A stretch of 61,597 bases of DNA, the filler included, from Basidiobolus ranarum (lineage: Eukaryota), in assembly GCA_040143965.1 (NCBI GenBank). It is 17 parts of 17 records of this genome, joined end to end, with 100 filler letters (N's around TTAATTAATTAA, not from the genome) between each part and the next. Parts side by side here need not be neighbours in the genome. Positions count along the whole stretch, not along the records: positions 36,345 to 39,868 come from JASJQH010002433.1; positions 39,969 to 43,492 come from JASJQH010002434.1; positions 43,593 to 47,115 come from JASJQH010002435.1; positions 47,216 to 50,737 come from JASJQH010002436.1; positions 50,838 to 54,358 come from JASJQH010002437.1; 12 more parts are not named here. One strand, written 5' to 3'. Position 1 is the first letter of the stretch; each line of letters opens with the position of its first letter. The notes beneath the pieces are model-generated. The model saw nothing but the letters and a program-made list of their open reading frames with translations, was not told where the DNA came from and ran no database searches. Made by a program: the position numbers and the translations under genes. This document shows positions 38,191 through 52,193 of this stretch, piece by piece.

Positions 38191-40049
38191 GTGGGATTGT
38201 GTGGAGAACTTCTAAATGGGAAAAAAGCCAATGTGCCATTTGTTTGAGCAACTTTGAAATAGTTAGCTTAACTTCATCAAGTCAATAATGATTCACTTCC
38301 GAAGAAAGTGATGTTGGACTAATAAATAAGAGCCAACTCAAATGTGATTTATGTAGTAGTTAGGTGGGTAATGATTGGGATTATCAATTTCCACATACTG
38401 GCCATTCATAAGCTTAACTCAGTCATACAGCAGTGGAAGACAAACTGCATTGAATAAATCCATATTGTGGCAGTGAAATGAGCTGAATCTCGGTTATCAC
38501 ATAAAAATCTTAAGCTTGAGTGAGTATATTATCAGTTTATTGTTCAGATAATATCGGTTTTGGAGGTTCTATTTTGAAGTCAATAGTTCGAGTACTTCTG
38601 CCAGTACAGAGAAAAAATGGATTTTGTTAGTTCTCCGTCTGTTGCAGCAACTACGAAAGCATTTTTCCTTTGCTATTGTCAAGTATGTACAATTGAAGTC
38701 AAGTGCAAATCCGATTTGCTCCAATTATGCTTCACACCTGCCCTACCCCCCCCCCAATATTTACCACCAAAACTTGGCCAGTAGCCATGTAATCTCGGGG
38801 TGACGCATATACTAGTTGGGACTAAATGGAGGGTTAACCTGTATGGAGCCTGTACGGAACGTGGATGTAAATCAATCTTCTCGGCCAGAGATGATCCACC
38901 TAGCCGAGCTGCTAAAAAGGGAAAGCATTCATTATATGTACATTGTGACACTAGCATGGAGGATTTTTAATGGAGTACCATACTTCATCTCTGCTCCAAG
39001 CATTCCAATATTCCATATATATATATATAAATAGTACTTCATTCTAACCTCTTCCATGGCAGCTTGCGCTAAAGGATATACTCGAATATTGCAATCGCAT
39101 TGCGGTATATTGTGTGTTATGGAATCGGTGTTACAGAAAATTCTGTCTGAGATGAAATGACACACATTGAGTATTTGGAGCCATTTAGAACTCAGGTTAA
39201 TTACGTTATATACGCTTCTATAATATGTAAGTAACAGTTCTGCTTTTCCCACTCAACGCGAGTCATCATTTGCCATTCACTTGTATCCGAAAGTAGTAAG
39301 CGATCACCTCTCAAGCGGTGTTTATAGATGGCCCATTCAAATAGTATATTTGAATATAGGCTGGTAAAAAGCTCCGTTTTAGGCACCGATTACAAATGAA
39401 CTAGCCGTAACAGAACGAAAACAAAATGGCTTGAAGTGGAGATAAGGCAAAAACGGGTTACTGAGTTACTAATTCAAATTGTTTATAAATTGTTCCCTTT
39501 AGGTTATTGAAAAACGTGATGGCAAAAATCCCCCAGAAAGGCAAAATTCCTGGAAATGATAAAATATGGATAAAGAAATACACTATTACAAAGCCACTAT
39601 GAGCCATCAAAATGACATTGGAATGTCTTTAACCATCGATACTGGTGCGGGAATATATAGCTTTGATATGAGAATAGCACTTGGCTACCCAGGTTAATCA
39701 ATGATGAGCAAAGTAAAGAAAAGTGTTGTGAAGCAGAGAAGCGTCAGGTGAGCTCTTATTATGTAGAAAATGATAGCTAAATGTCACAAGGAGACAGCGC
39801 ACTTTCATTTCTAGTTCTTGATGCTTCTCTTCTTTTGATAATCCTTAATTGCCGAACGAATAGCGTCTNNNNNNNNNNNNNNNNNNNNNNNNNNNNNNNN
39901 NNNNNNNNNNNNTTAATTAATTAANNNNNNNNNNNNNNNNNNNNNNNNNNNNNNNNNNNNNNNNNNNNGTTATAGGACCCAGCCATGGTAATTGACAGAT
40001 CACGCCAGATGGTGTACTAGCAGGCTGGATCAAGCAGCATGGTCAGACC

Positions 40050-41132
40050 TGGTCCGATGGAACAAGTCTATTGCATCAAAATTTCATCAGATTTGGCCAA
40101 AAATGATGCAACACAAAGTCTGAACTTTTCTTATCAGTTTGTAGTGGGTAATTAATTATACACAATGGCTGGAACACATCCAAACACTGTCATTGCAATG
40201 GGAAGTGGCAGTCAATATCTAAAAAAACCAGGATCTGAGCAAAAATCACAGTAAAGCAAATATTCATGTATTTGAGAGGAATGGCTGATTTTACTCTGGA
40301 ATACTCTGGCACTCCTGATTCACAGAATTAAAGAGAACTATTGATGATACAAGGGGAACAGCTGGGTACACTTTTCTCTATGGTAATAGAGCCATAACTG
40401 GGCAGAGTAAGAAGCAACCAACTGTGGCACTTTCCACTACAAAAGCAGAGTATATGGCTGCTGCTGTTACTACACCAGAAGCTATGTGGTTGAGCAAGTT
40501 CTTTGCAAACTTAGAATACATACAAATATGTGCAATTACTATATTTGAAGATAATCATGGTTGTATTACATTAGTATTAACCCTTCATTGCATGCTAGAA
40601 CACAATGCATAGATAGTAAGCATCATTTTATTGGAGCAGCACTAGAGAATGACTTAACAGATCTGGTCTGTTGGCCAACTGGAGTAGTGATTGCTGACCT
40701 CTGTTTCAAACCTTTGATAAAAGCACAAATTGAATTACTAGGATGAAGCTTGGGTTTAGAAGAAATATAAAATAGTTAGTGAAGTTATAATGTTGTGATT
40801 AGATCAAAAGCAACTCATTAGTTTGTAGTTAGTCTATTCATACTGAGATCTCTTGCACTAAATCTTGACATTTGTAAATGTGTTTAATGATTTGATGTTG
40901 GAAATAAAAAGCAGAACACTCTTACTACTTTTCACTATTTTATCAAACCTTCTCCAAATTAGCTTACATTCTGACCATGCTTTACAGGCATGTCTATTAT
41001 GAACTTAACTCATCCAATAGTTCTATTTCATAGTAATCTATAACTAAGACTTAATCCCTTTGATCATAAGTGAGTAATGCGCCAATCCATATCTGGTCTG
41101 AATCATTCTTAAATCCCCTCAATACTTTAGTA
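40050..41132 (+). mobile_element. Copia family B RT/RNase H 3' end plus 3' LTR (40791-~41132)
   Basis: KKQPTVALSTTKAEYMAA, IFEDNHGCI, HARTQCIDSKHHF. LTR starts TGTTGTGATTAG. Confidence 0.8.
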
Positions 41133-41508
41133 AGGAAGATCACTCAATTATATCTCTTCCATTCCAGTAGGTCATATAGTGATATAAACTGTGCCATCCC
41201 AACATGTATGAGCTGATAGCTGGGCTGCCCCAGGATGTCTTGGCCAAGAATTGTGCTGCACACATATTGTAGCTAGATTCTGATCTAGTAATCAGTCAAG
41301 TAAGCAGTGGATGGGTCATTTCTCATCTGGTCTATTGGTTTAAGTATAAACAGGGTAACATCTCTCTCTTTAAACTTTAGTCCAGTGTTTAGTGAATAAA
41401 TTACTAACTTACTCCACCCCCTAACATTCTAAGTTACTTAAGAATTGTAACAAATTGATATCAGAATCTTGAATCGGGTTATAGAGCTACTCATTATGCA
41501 GTAGTTTG

Positions 41509-43492
41509 TGTAAAAGTATGTGGGAGCCTGTTGGAAGTGGTTAAAAATCAGAGGGAATTGATTGGGCTAACCTATTGATTTATTGAGTATGAAGTTAATG
41601 TGTGTAATTTTGTCAAGATGTAAACAATCCAACATCTAGAATGTCTTAAGGAAAGGCCCAGGAACACATGTGCAAAGTTTGAGGCTTCTAGCATAAGTTT
41701 GAAAAATCTCTATAACTGAGAACTTCTAAGTTGGTGAAAGTATTTTGAGTAAGTTATAAATAGGTATAATGAGTAATATCTTAGTGAAATATAAGAGAAC
41801 CAAGTACTAAGCTATTTAAGACATTATAGGGGCTTAAGCAATGCTAACATCAGCACTTTCCATCAACTAAAGATTCATATAAACTACTCCCAAGGAAGGC
41901 CTCAATTGCCCAAATTTCACTGGCTAATAGTCTGGTTGTTATAACAACAACCTTCTCTTCTGTAGAATAATAAGTTAAGTAAGTAAGCAGTTTCTCTAAA
42001 GTCACTCTAATGAAGTGATTGGTAATATGTATATGTTTGCTTACTTCAAGATATATGGAATTTCTAGCTAATTTGATAAACTGTGAATATATTGAAATAT
42101 TGTAAATGCTGAAATTTGAATGAAACCCCTGTCTGTGAAAAGTTTGCTTAACCATATTGGTTCTTTTGGTGCTTCACAGGCTGTCATGTATTGTGATTCT
42201 GTTGTTGAACATGTGATGGCAGGTTTTTTCTTTGAAATCCAAGTAATTGCTCTATTACAGCAAAGAAGTACGTATTTTGTTGTAGATCTCCTGACTTCAA
42301 TATCTCTTACCTAATGTGCATCTGAAAATCCCTGCAGATCAAAGTTAGATCCAGAATATGCATATTTTAAGCCTGGATCCATAGTCTGGGTCCACATATG
42401 CATCTGGCTAGTCCATACAGATCTCCTCAGCAAGCTCACCATTCACAAAAGCAGTTTTCACATCCATTTGATGTTTAATAAACTGAAATTTAGCTGAAAT
42501 TACTATAATCAATTTAATTGACTTAAACTTTGCTACAGGAGCAGAAGTTTCTCTATAATCTATCTCTGGTGTTTGGGAACAGCCTTTGGCTACTAGTCTA
42601 GCCTTGTAGTTTTCTATATTGCTATCAGAGTTGTATTTAACTTTAAACACCCATCAGTATCCAATTGATTTTCTATCATCAGGTAAGTTGGTTAAAATCC
42701 AAGTTTAATCATCAATCAAAGCCTAGTACTCATCAGCCGTTGCAGATCTCCAGAATCTTGTGTGAGGGTCTTTCAGGGCCACTTTTACAGTCTGGGATTC
42801 AAGTTTTTGAGCTGTGCAGGCATAGGCCCAATTTTGGGACTCATTGATGTAGTAATCAGGGCTATTTCTGATCTGATTTGATCTCCTGGTTTGAGATAAA
42901 GGTACTACAACTTCTGGCATTGTATTGGGCACTTCAGTAGGCAAACTTTTGGTTGAAGGGTCCACAGGAATGCTATTTTCTTCATTGTTTTGGTTTGAAT
43001 CAATTTGAATGATCGGATCAGGAGAATATCAATTTTCATTGTCATCTGAGGTTATTTTGGGTGAAAATGCTTCATTTCCATTATACAAAACATTGCTGGA
43101 CTTGATTCACTTGAAAACTTTGGAATCAAACAGTCTGTGGGCCTCAGTTTGACTACAATAACCCAGAAATATGCATTTCCTACTTTTTGGATCAAATTTA
43201 GACCGATTTTTGGTCAGAATTTTGACATAAGCAATGCATCCAAAGATCATCAAATATTTTGCATTGGGTTTAACTCCAAGCCAAGCTTGATATGATATAG
43301 AGTTAGATGGACTTCTATTAAAACTCCTATTCTTCAGATATATAGATGTAGCAACATATTTGACCCAAAAGTTATGAGATGAATTTTGTGCATTTATCAT
43401 AGATCTTGCCATTTCTATTATAGTCCTGTTGGCTCTTTCAGCCACTTCATTTTCTTGAGGTAAATAGGGGGCAGTAGCTTCTTGCTTAATTC
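41509..43492 (-). mobile_element. Copia family A element, internally deleted: integrase C-terminus, RT start, RNase H, PPT and 3' LTR (41509-41855)
   Basis: AERANRTIIEMARSMI, YKARLVAKG, HQMDVKTAFVNG. Purine tract GATGGAAAG precedes the LTR start TGCTGATGTTAGC. Confidence 0.9.
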
Positions 43493-43592
43493 NNNNNNNN
43501 NNNNNNNNNNNNNNNNNNNNNNNNNNNNNNNNNNNNTTAATTAATTAANNNNNNNNNNNNNNNNNNNNNNNNNNNNNNNNNNNNNNNNNNNN

Positions 43593-46500
43593 AAAGCCTT
43601 GGAAGAGACCTACCAAACAAGTTCTGCTGCCAATAAGATGTTTCTAAGAAGACAATTCTTAAACTTCAAGATGAAGCCAGGAGAAAACATTGAATCTCTA
43701 ATCAATAGAGTCACTATTTTAGTGGATGAAATGGAATGCATTGGTGTACCTACTACTCATCAAGATATTATAGTTACAGTCCTGAATAGCCTGCCACATG
43801 AGTTTCAGAGCCTAGTAATGGCTCTAGAATCAAGAACTCAAAATTTGACCTTAAATTATGTATTTGGCAGACTTCTGGATGAAGATTTATGCAAATTAGG
43901 ATCCAACCAAAAGAACAAAGAAAATGCTTTAATAGGTCATGGGAAATTTTACTATAAAGATCAAAAGCACTTTAAGAAGTAAAGACACACATTCTGTGAT
44001 TACTGTTAAAGAACTGGCCATTTAAGCAAGGATTGCTTTAAAAGAATTGCAAAAGAAGAAAAACATACTGAATCCAGAAATGTGCTTACAACAGAAGATC
44101 ACTTGTTCATATCTGCTTTATCTATGACTACCAACAAGAATTCTCAGACATGGTATATTGATTCTGAAGCTTCCCCATACTTCACAAATGAAAAACATTT
44201 ATTTGTGGATTATGAAGAAATCCCAATTAGAAAGGTTTTCATTGGAGATGACTGCTCAATGCATGCTAGTGAATGAGAACAATTCAAGTCAATTTAACTG
44301 GAGCTTCTGAAGAGAGAGTATATACTTTTAAGGATGTACTACAAGTTCCAGATAATGCCAAGAATTTAATATCTGTATGCAAGGCCAATTCATAAGGGCT
44401 AAAATTCAAATTTGAAAAGATCTAAAAAGCAACTACTAAGATTTGGGGGACAAAAGATTGGAACTTATACAAACATACCTATAATCCAAGCACTTTTGCA
44501 AAGTACATGGAATTAAGCAAGAAACTACTCCCCCCTATTCACCTCAACAAAATGGATTTGCTGAAAGAGCTAACAGGACTATAATAGAAATGGCAAGATC
44601 TATGATAAATGCACAGAATTTATCTCATAACTTTTGGATGAAATCTGTTGCTACAGCTGTATATCTGAAGAATAGGAGTTTTACTAGAAGTCTGTATAAC
44701 TCTACACCATATCAAGCTTGGTTCGGAGTTAAACCTGATGTAAAACATTTGAGGATCTTTGGATGCATTGCTTATGTCAAAATTACAACCAAAAATTGGT
44801 CTAAATTTGATCCAAAAAGTAGAAATGTATATTTCTAGGTTATTGTACTCTAACTAAGGCCTATGGACTTTATAATGCCAAAATATTTCAGTTAATCAAG
44901 TCCAGGGATTCTTTGTTTAATGAAAATGAAATATGATCACCCAAACTGATCTCAGATGATGACAAAAATCAATTTTCTTCTGATCCAATCATTCAAATTG
45001 ATTCAAACTAGAACAATGAAGAAAATAGCATTCCTGTGGACCCTTTCACCAAATTTTTGGCTTACGCCTGCATAGCTCAAATACATGAACCCCAGAATGT
45101 AATGGCAGATGAGTGCCAGGCTTTGATTGATAATCAAACTTGGATTTTAACCACCTTACCTGATGATAGAAAATCAATTGGCAGCCAATGGGTGTCTAGA
45201 GTTAAATACAACTCTGATGGTGATATAGAAAGGTACAAGGCTAGACTAGTAGCCAAAGGCAATTCCCAAACACCAGGAATAGATTATACAGAAACTTTTA
45301 CTCCTGTAGCAAAGTTTAATTCAATCAGATTGATTTTAGCAAATGCAGCTAAATATCAGTATATTATATATCCAATGGGTGTTAAAACCACCTATTTGAA
45401 TGGTGATCGCACTAAGGAGATCTATATAGACCAACCAGATGGACTTGTGGACCTAGAAAACCCTAAAAAAATTTGCAGACTCTGGAAAACACTCTATGAC
45501 TTAAAACAATCTCCAAGAGCTTGGAATAGCACAATAGATGCTTTTTGAGAAACACTCAAATTCCAAAAGAGTAATGATGACAATAGGACCTACTTCAAGG
45601 CAGATAAGACAAACCCAGTTTTAGTAGCCTTATATGTAGATGACCTTATTATAGCAATCAATGACTTGAAGACTTTAGAGAAAACCACATCCTGCTTATC
45701 TGCCAAATTCAAATGACTGATCATGGCGAACTGACATACTATCTTGGAATCCAAATTAAGATAGATAGAACTACCAAAACAATAACTTTAAACCAGTCTA
45801 AGTATATCCTAGATATACTAAAGAAGTTTACAATGGAAGAATGTTATCCAGTATATCTCACTGGAGACAAATCTTAACTTGACCAAAAATGGCTCAAATC
45901 AGATGTTTTTGGATTCAAATGAAAGCCAGAAATTTCCTTATCAATCTATGGTTGGTAGTTTGATGTATATCATGGTTAGAACATGGCCAGATATTGCATA
46001 TTCTGTGAGAGTTATGTGACAATATCTTCAAAATTATGGATTTGATCAAATCATAGGAGTTAAGCAAATTTTCAGATATTTAAAAGGTATTGTGGATCTG
46101 TGCTTAAAATACAAATATTCTGCATCAAACTTTGATCTGATGGGATATTCAGATGCAAATTGGGGAAGAGCTATTGAAGATAAGAGATCTACTACAGTAT
46201 AAATATTTCTTTGCTGTAACAGAGCTATTTCCTGGAATTCAAAGAAACAACCTACTGTAGCACTTTTAACAACAGAAGCTGAATATATGGCTGCCTGTGA
46301 AGCAACAAAAGAAGCCATATGGTTAAGAAAACTCGTAACAGATTTGGGTTATTTTCAAAATTCACCAACTACAATATTTCAAGACAATCAAAGTTGTATC
46401 AAATTAGCTAAAAATCCCATGCTTCATAATAGAAGCAAACATATAGATATTAAGCATCATTTCATTGGAGAGACTATAGAGTATAAGTTTATTGACTTAA

Positions 46501-46948
46501 ATTATTGTTCTACAGAAGATATGATTGCTAATATATTAACCAAACCATTAGCTAGAGAGAAATTAGAGAAATTTAGACCTTTATTATGATTAGTTTATAT
46601 GACTATTTAGTTGAAGGAGAGTGCTGAAATTAGCAATGCCTAAACACCTATATAGTCATATATAGCTTAGTATTGAGTTATCCTATAACTCACTAAGATA
46701 TTATCCATTATTCTAGGTCAGAATTTACTTAGTATATTTTTACCAACTTAGAAGTTCTCAGATATATAGATTTTTCAAACTTTGCACACATGTTCCTGTG
46801 ACCTTCTGTAGCATAATCTACATGTTAGTTTGGTTACAACTTGACAAGACTATAAATGTCAACTTTCTACTTAATAAATAAATAAGTGAAAACACCAATT
46901 CTTCTAATTCTCTAAGCCACTTCAAACAGGCACCCAAATACTTTAACA
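43593..46948 (+). mobile_element. Ty1/copia family A retrotransposon (gag, Zn knuckle, protease, partial integrase, RT, RNase H, PPT, 3' LTR 46622-46948), disabled
   Basis: Gag ..LNSLPHEFQSLV, CDYC*RTGHLSKDC, WYIDSEAS, YKARLVAKG, LYVDDL, KHIDIKHHF. Domain order PR-IN-RT-RH. PPT GAAGGAGAG precedes the LTR. Confidence 0.92.
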
Positions 46949-47364
46949 TTAACAATGCCATTCAAAGTACTTGTTCCCATGGATAGTGCCTGACTGAGCA
47001 GCATATGTCATATTGGATAAAGTCTTTTAAGGTTTATGTGGCACAATTTGGCACTATCCATCATCCTCTGGCATGAGCAATTGCAATCACCCTAATATGT
47101 TGAGTCAAGGGCTGANNNNNNNNNNNNNNNNNNNNNNNNNNNNNNNNNNNNNNNNNNNNTTAATTAATTAANNNNNNNNNNNNNNNNNNNNNNNNNNNNN
47201 NNNNNNNNNNNNNNNGATCATGATCAAATGATGTTGAGAAAAGCATATTCTTTTGTCATGTCACCAATCATTTCTTCAACAGAAAGTTGGATATTGCATT
47301 GTAATTATCATTCCTAGAGAAACTTGTGGTTTTAAAACTTTCCCCTCCCAGCATAGTAAGTATT

Positions 47365-50300
47365 ATGTCCCCACCAGCCCTTGCAATGGAAAATATTATG
47401 CAAGCCCTTGCTCAGCATCAGCAAGAAAATCAAGAACTTTGTGCTTCACTTGGTCAAATACAGAATCCAGCTCTACCCAACCATCCTGCAAATCAAACTC
47501 CTGAACCAAAGATCTCCTTACCAAACAAGTTTGATGATAGTTGCCAAAACCATTGTGGTTTTATCAGCCAAGTAAAACTCATCATTCAGCTACATTCCCA
47601 CTGCTACCCCTCTGAACAAACAAAAGTAGGCCAAATGGGAACACTATTATCAGGAACAGCTATGTCTTGCTCTGCTCCTTTACAGAAGGTCAATCTTTAC
47701 TTATTTCAAACTTGCTTGCCTTCCTTGCTGAACTGGAAACTTCTTTTTGAAATGCAGACAAGCAAAGAACTTCAGTTACCAAACTCAGTGCACTTAAACA
47801 AGGATCAAAGCCTGCATCAACTTATGCTGCAAGATTTTGCCTTCTTGCCCCTGCTCTCAATTGGGGAGAATCTGCCCTGATCAACCAGATCCATTATGAA
47901 CTTTGAGAAAATATTAAGGATCTCTTACTCATTATTGCTGACCTAGTGACCTTGACTTATGCTATCCATCAGGCAGTTAAATGTGACAACTGGTTGTTTG
48001 AAAGACCACAGCAAGGAAATATAGCTCCTTTCTACTCTTCTTCCTCAACTACTTTCAGATCTCCCTGCCATTAAACATAAATTACAGCTCAAGCAGATGA
48101 CCCAATGCAAATTGATGGAACTCAATTCAGAAAGCTTAACCCTCAAGAGGAATATCAATGCCAACAAGAAAGTATATGCCTCTATTGTGGAGCTCCTAGA
48201 CATGTAGCCAGAAACTGTCCAACAATGAATCCTGGATTTAAGATTGTTAATATGCAAGTAGAAAATAACTCTCCCCAACCAATAGAAAACTTCAATGCCA
48301 TGCTGTGATAATAGGCATGCAGTTGTGCCAACCATCTTGAAAAATGGTTCTTCATCATCCATTACAATCCCTGCAGTCATACCAATCATTAAAGCTATGT
48401 ATTAAGCACCTGCTACCAATTCCAAGTCATTAAAAACAGCTGTACTTCTGATTCAGGTGCTTCCTCCTGTTTTATTGACTCTGCCCTTGTCAAATCACAC
48501 TCTGTCCCAACAATCAAAAAATCTAGTTGGTTTCTTGTATAAGTAATTGATGGATGGCTGCAAATAATTGGGCACTGTAACACATGAGAAACCTTTTGAC
48601 ACTAATGTCTGCAGATCATCAAGAAGAAATAGACTTTAGTATAACTTCTTCACTGCACCAACCTGTCATCCTAGGTATCTCATGGCTCATGCAGCACAAC
48701 ACAGCAATCAACTGGAAGAGGAAGATTATCACTTTCAAGGAAGTTCCACCTCATAATTTACATTTGCCAACCTGCAAAGTATTCATCTCATCCTCAGCCC
48801 AACTCTCAAAATATATATGAAGCCAATATCCATTGAGAGTGTTGCTGAAGAGCTGAAACCAACAAAACCTATAGTTCCTAAACTCCCAACAAAATGCTTG
48901 GCCTTTGCTGATGCCTTTGACAAGAAGATATCCAACATACTCCCAGCTCACCACCCATATAATTGCCCTATAGATCTACCAGAAGGAAAACAACCTCCGT
49001 TTGGGCCTATGTATGAGCTGACCCAGCCAGAACTCAGCATTCTGAAAGAGTATATCACAAAAAATCTAGAGAAAGGATTTATTCATCATTCAAATTCTCC
49101 AGCAGGCTCTCCAATATTATTTGTTAAGAAAAAGGTTGATCCTCCATCTCTGTATTGATTAACAAGGCCTAAATACCATTACAGTCAAAAGTTTGTATCC
49201 CTTGCCATTAATCAATCACTCTTAGATCAGCTTGCTGCCACCAAGGTATTTACACAGATAGATTTAAGAGGTGCTTACAATCTAGTATTAATCTCATCAG
49301 GAGACCAATGGAAAACTGCCTTTCAAACTTACTATGGACACTATGAATACAATGTCATACCATATGGACTTACCAATGCCCTCCCAGCATTCCAACACTT
49401 GATGAATAATATATTCAGAGAGTATCTTGACCAGTTTGTGGTAATCTACCTTGACAATATCTTGGTCTTCTCAAACTCTCAAGAAGAATATAATCATCAT
49501 GTTTCCCAAGTTCTGGAAAAGTTAAGAATCTTTGGTCTCCATGCTAAACTTGAGAAATGTGAGTTTGACCAAGCTCAAGTTGAATTTGTTGAATATATTA
49601 TCAGCCCTTCAGGCATCTCCATTGACCCTAAGAAGGTTGAATATGCTCTGTCTTAGGATACTTCTTGGAATGTGAAGGATATCCAATCTTTTCTTGGATT
49701 TGCAAATTTTCACCAAAGGTTTGTCAAGATCTACTCCAAAATAGCTGCTCCATTAACAGACCTTACCAAGGAAGAACATCCATTTGACTGGAACCCTTCT
49801 TGCCAACAAGCATTTGCAACTCCAAACAATGCTTTTACTTCAGCATCAATCATGATACACCACAAACTAAACAAGCCATTTATTTTTGAAACTGATGGAT
49901 CTGACTTTACTCCAGGAGCAGTACTATCAAGGTATGGTTATGATAACTTGCTGCACCCTGTTTCCTTTTACTCAAGAAAGTTCTCTGCAGCAGTAATCAA
50001 CTATGACAGCTATGACAAGAAACTTTTAGCAATTATTGCTACAGTTGCACAATGGCAATAATAATTGGATGGAGCAAATCACACCATAACAGTCTATTGT
50101 GATAATCAGAATCTTCAGTATTCTAGTACAACCAAAGTTCTCAACCACTGCCAAGTAAGATGGTTATTATTTCCTGCCAGTTTTGATTTTTTGGTTACAT
50201 ATCAAACAGGTAGCCAGCAAGGACTGCCTGATGCCTTATCAGGAAGAGCAGAATTCAGCCTGAAGAAGGGGATGAGGCCTTTGGCCAACTAACTACTTCC

Positions 50301-50737
50301 TTAATGAAGCCCCACCAACTTCAAGTTAGAGCAGCCATTCTCTCTCTGCCTAGTTCAAGCACATTTCATGAAGACATCTGAAGACCCATCAGTACTATGA
50401 ATCTCAAAAGCCCAGGATACACCTAAAGGTTTCTCAAGCTTGAACATGTACTGCCATTTCTCCTTCATCAATGATCTCTTGTTTTATGAGAAGCATCTTT
50501 ATATTCCAGACCACACTTCCAGACTCAAAAGCGTGTGCAAAAGATATGACTCACCACTTGAGGGACACTTTGGTATTGCCAAAGCATATATGTTGGCATT
50601 CACGGATCATTGGCAGCCCAAAATATTTGCATTTGTCAAGACTTATGTTTCCATCTGTGATACTTGTGCTTGAGTGAGGACTCCAAGACATCAGCCCTAT
50701 GGCCTCCTATAGCCACTTCCAATTCCTGATCAGCAGT
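47365..50737 (+). mobile_element. Ty3/gypsy LTR retrotransposon (gag-pol), disabled, truncated in integrase
   Basis: Gag PEPKISLPNKFD..PMQID..CLYCGAPRHVARNC, protease DSGASSCFID, RT PFGPMYEL..YLDNILVFS, RNase H FETDGSDF..FYSRKF, integrase Zn finger GHFG..CDTC. Domain order PR-RT-RH-IN. Confidence 0.92.
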
Positions 50738-52193
50738 NNNNNNNNNNNNNNNNNNNNNNNNNNNNNNNNNNNNNNNNNNNNTTAATTAATTAANNNNNNN
50801 NNNNNNNNNNNNNNNNNNNNNNNNNNNNNNNNNNNNNTTAGATGAATCCAGATGGAAAATCCTGGACCAAGACTGTTGTTTTTCAATGATTAGGACTAGC
50901 GTACTAAAATTCCAAGAAACCTGTATCCTTCTAAAAAGTACCAGTAGTAATAGCTTAGTTATTCTCAGTATTAATGGTAAGTGTATCTAGTAATATAGAG
51001 CATAAATATATCGATTAATGGCCAAAACCTTGATATGTAACTCTGCTTCATTAAGACATGGAACTAGAATACCAGTTATAGCAGAGAGGGTGTACCTTTA
51101 TATCGTTTAGGCAAGTAATTATTCCAATTAAAGTTCATTTCCCGGCCAATAAATTCTCATCTTCCAAACCGCTTTCTATAATGGACTGAAATTCTACCCG
51201 TTTTCGACATGAATAGATGTATTCCCAATCAGCCTCAAGTACTTCCATTTTAGTGATACTTGTGACACAGTGAAATAGTTTGGTGGGAGTTTCGTTAGGA
51301 TTTTCCAAATCAGGTCACTTATAGCACTAGCCAATGGGAGAGAAAGACGAACATTCGTCCTTAGCTTCTCCTACCACATATTAGTGATATAATATGGCAA
51401 ATTGCTTGTATATTATGGAAGGCCCTTTTCGAACATTGAGGCTCAAGTTAGAAATGGAGGCCTGAAGGAGTAACGATGATGGTGGGGCTCTGTAAATGTG
51501 TCGTGAAGATGGATAGTGTGCTCAGTGGGCTTGTTCTAGATGTTCATCCTTGAAACTGATATACAAAGGACATTGCTTATCTACAAAGGAAATTGCTCCA
51601 TTGCCATATCTACGGACCGGTTTAGCTCTCCCCATTTGTACGCTCTGGGTGCACCTTTACCTTGTACCTCACTGAATCTAGGTAAAGTGGCTTGGAGTTC
51701 GGTTGGTATTATGCTAACAATAAATGTGACCATCATTCATGAGCCCCATTCTCGAAACGCCCAAAGAAGACATTTGCCATTTCTTGGAGACACTGGGAAT
51801 CAGAGAGTTACCTATATGATTGGCCAAACACTACGGCTTAGTGACATCAATATAGACTTTTTGGTGAGAATTGGAATCATAGAGATCTTCAACCCACCAT
51901 TGTTGTCAAATGAATCGGATCCCAATCGTTTGCTTAACCAATCAAGCCGATATCATCTGAACTTATTTATGCTGGATTGAAGATCTCTATGACAAAATTA
52001 GCGTGCATTGGCTCTCTTCCAAAAAGATAACGGATGAGGTTTATTACACAAAGGATAATAATGCGCGAATCATATAAACTGCGGAGACACTGCAATTCTA
52101 CATGACGCAAGGCAGGGTATAAATATCCGCAGGCTGAAGAAGGCACCTCAACAAACAAATCCTGACGATTTACCTTTCAATCCAATCCAAGCC

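Noticed and set aside
38580-39300. Possible decayed gene on the minus strand (ASPRDYMATGQVLVVNIGG resembles an SDR C-terminus)
   Set aside because: Only one short motif with stops nearby, and I could not build a consistent gene model.
51540-51980. 146-aa ORF upstream of the epimerase (possible GAL cluster gene)
   Set aside because: No galactokinase, uridylyltransferase or other motif is visible, so there is no evidence for a GAL cluster on this contig.
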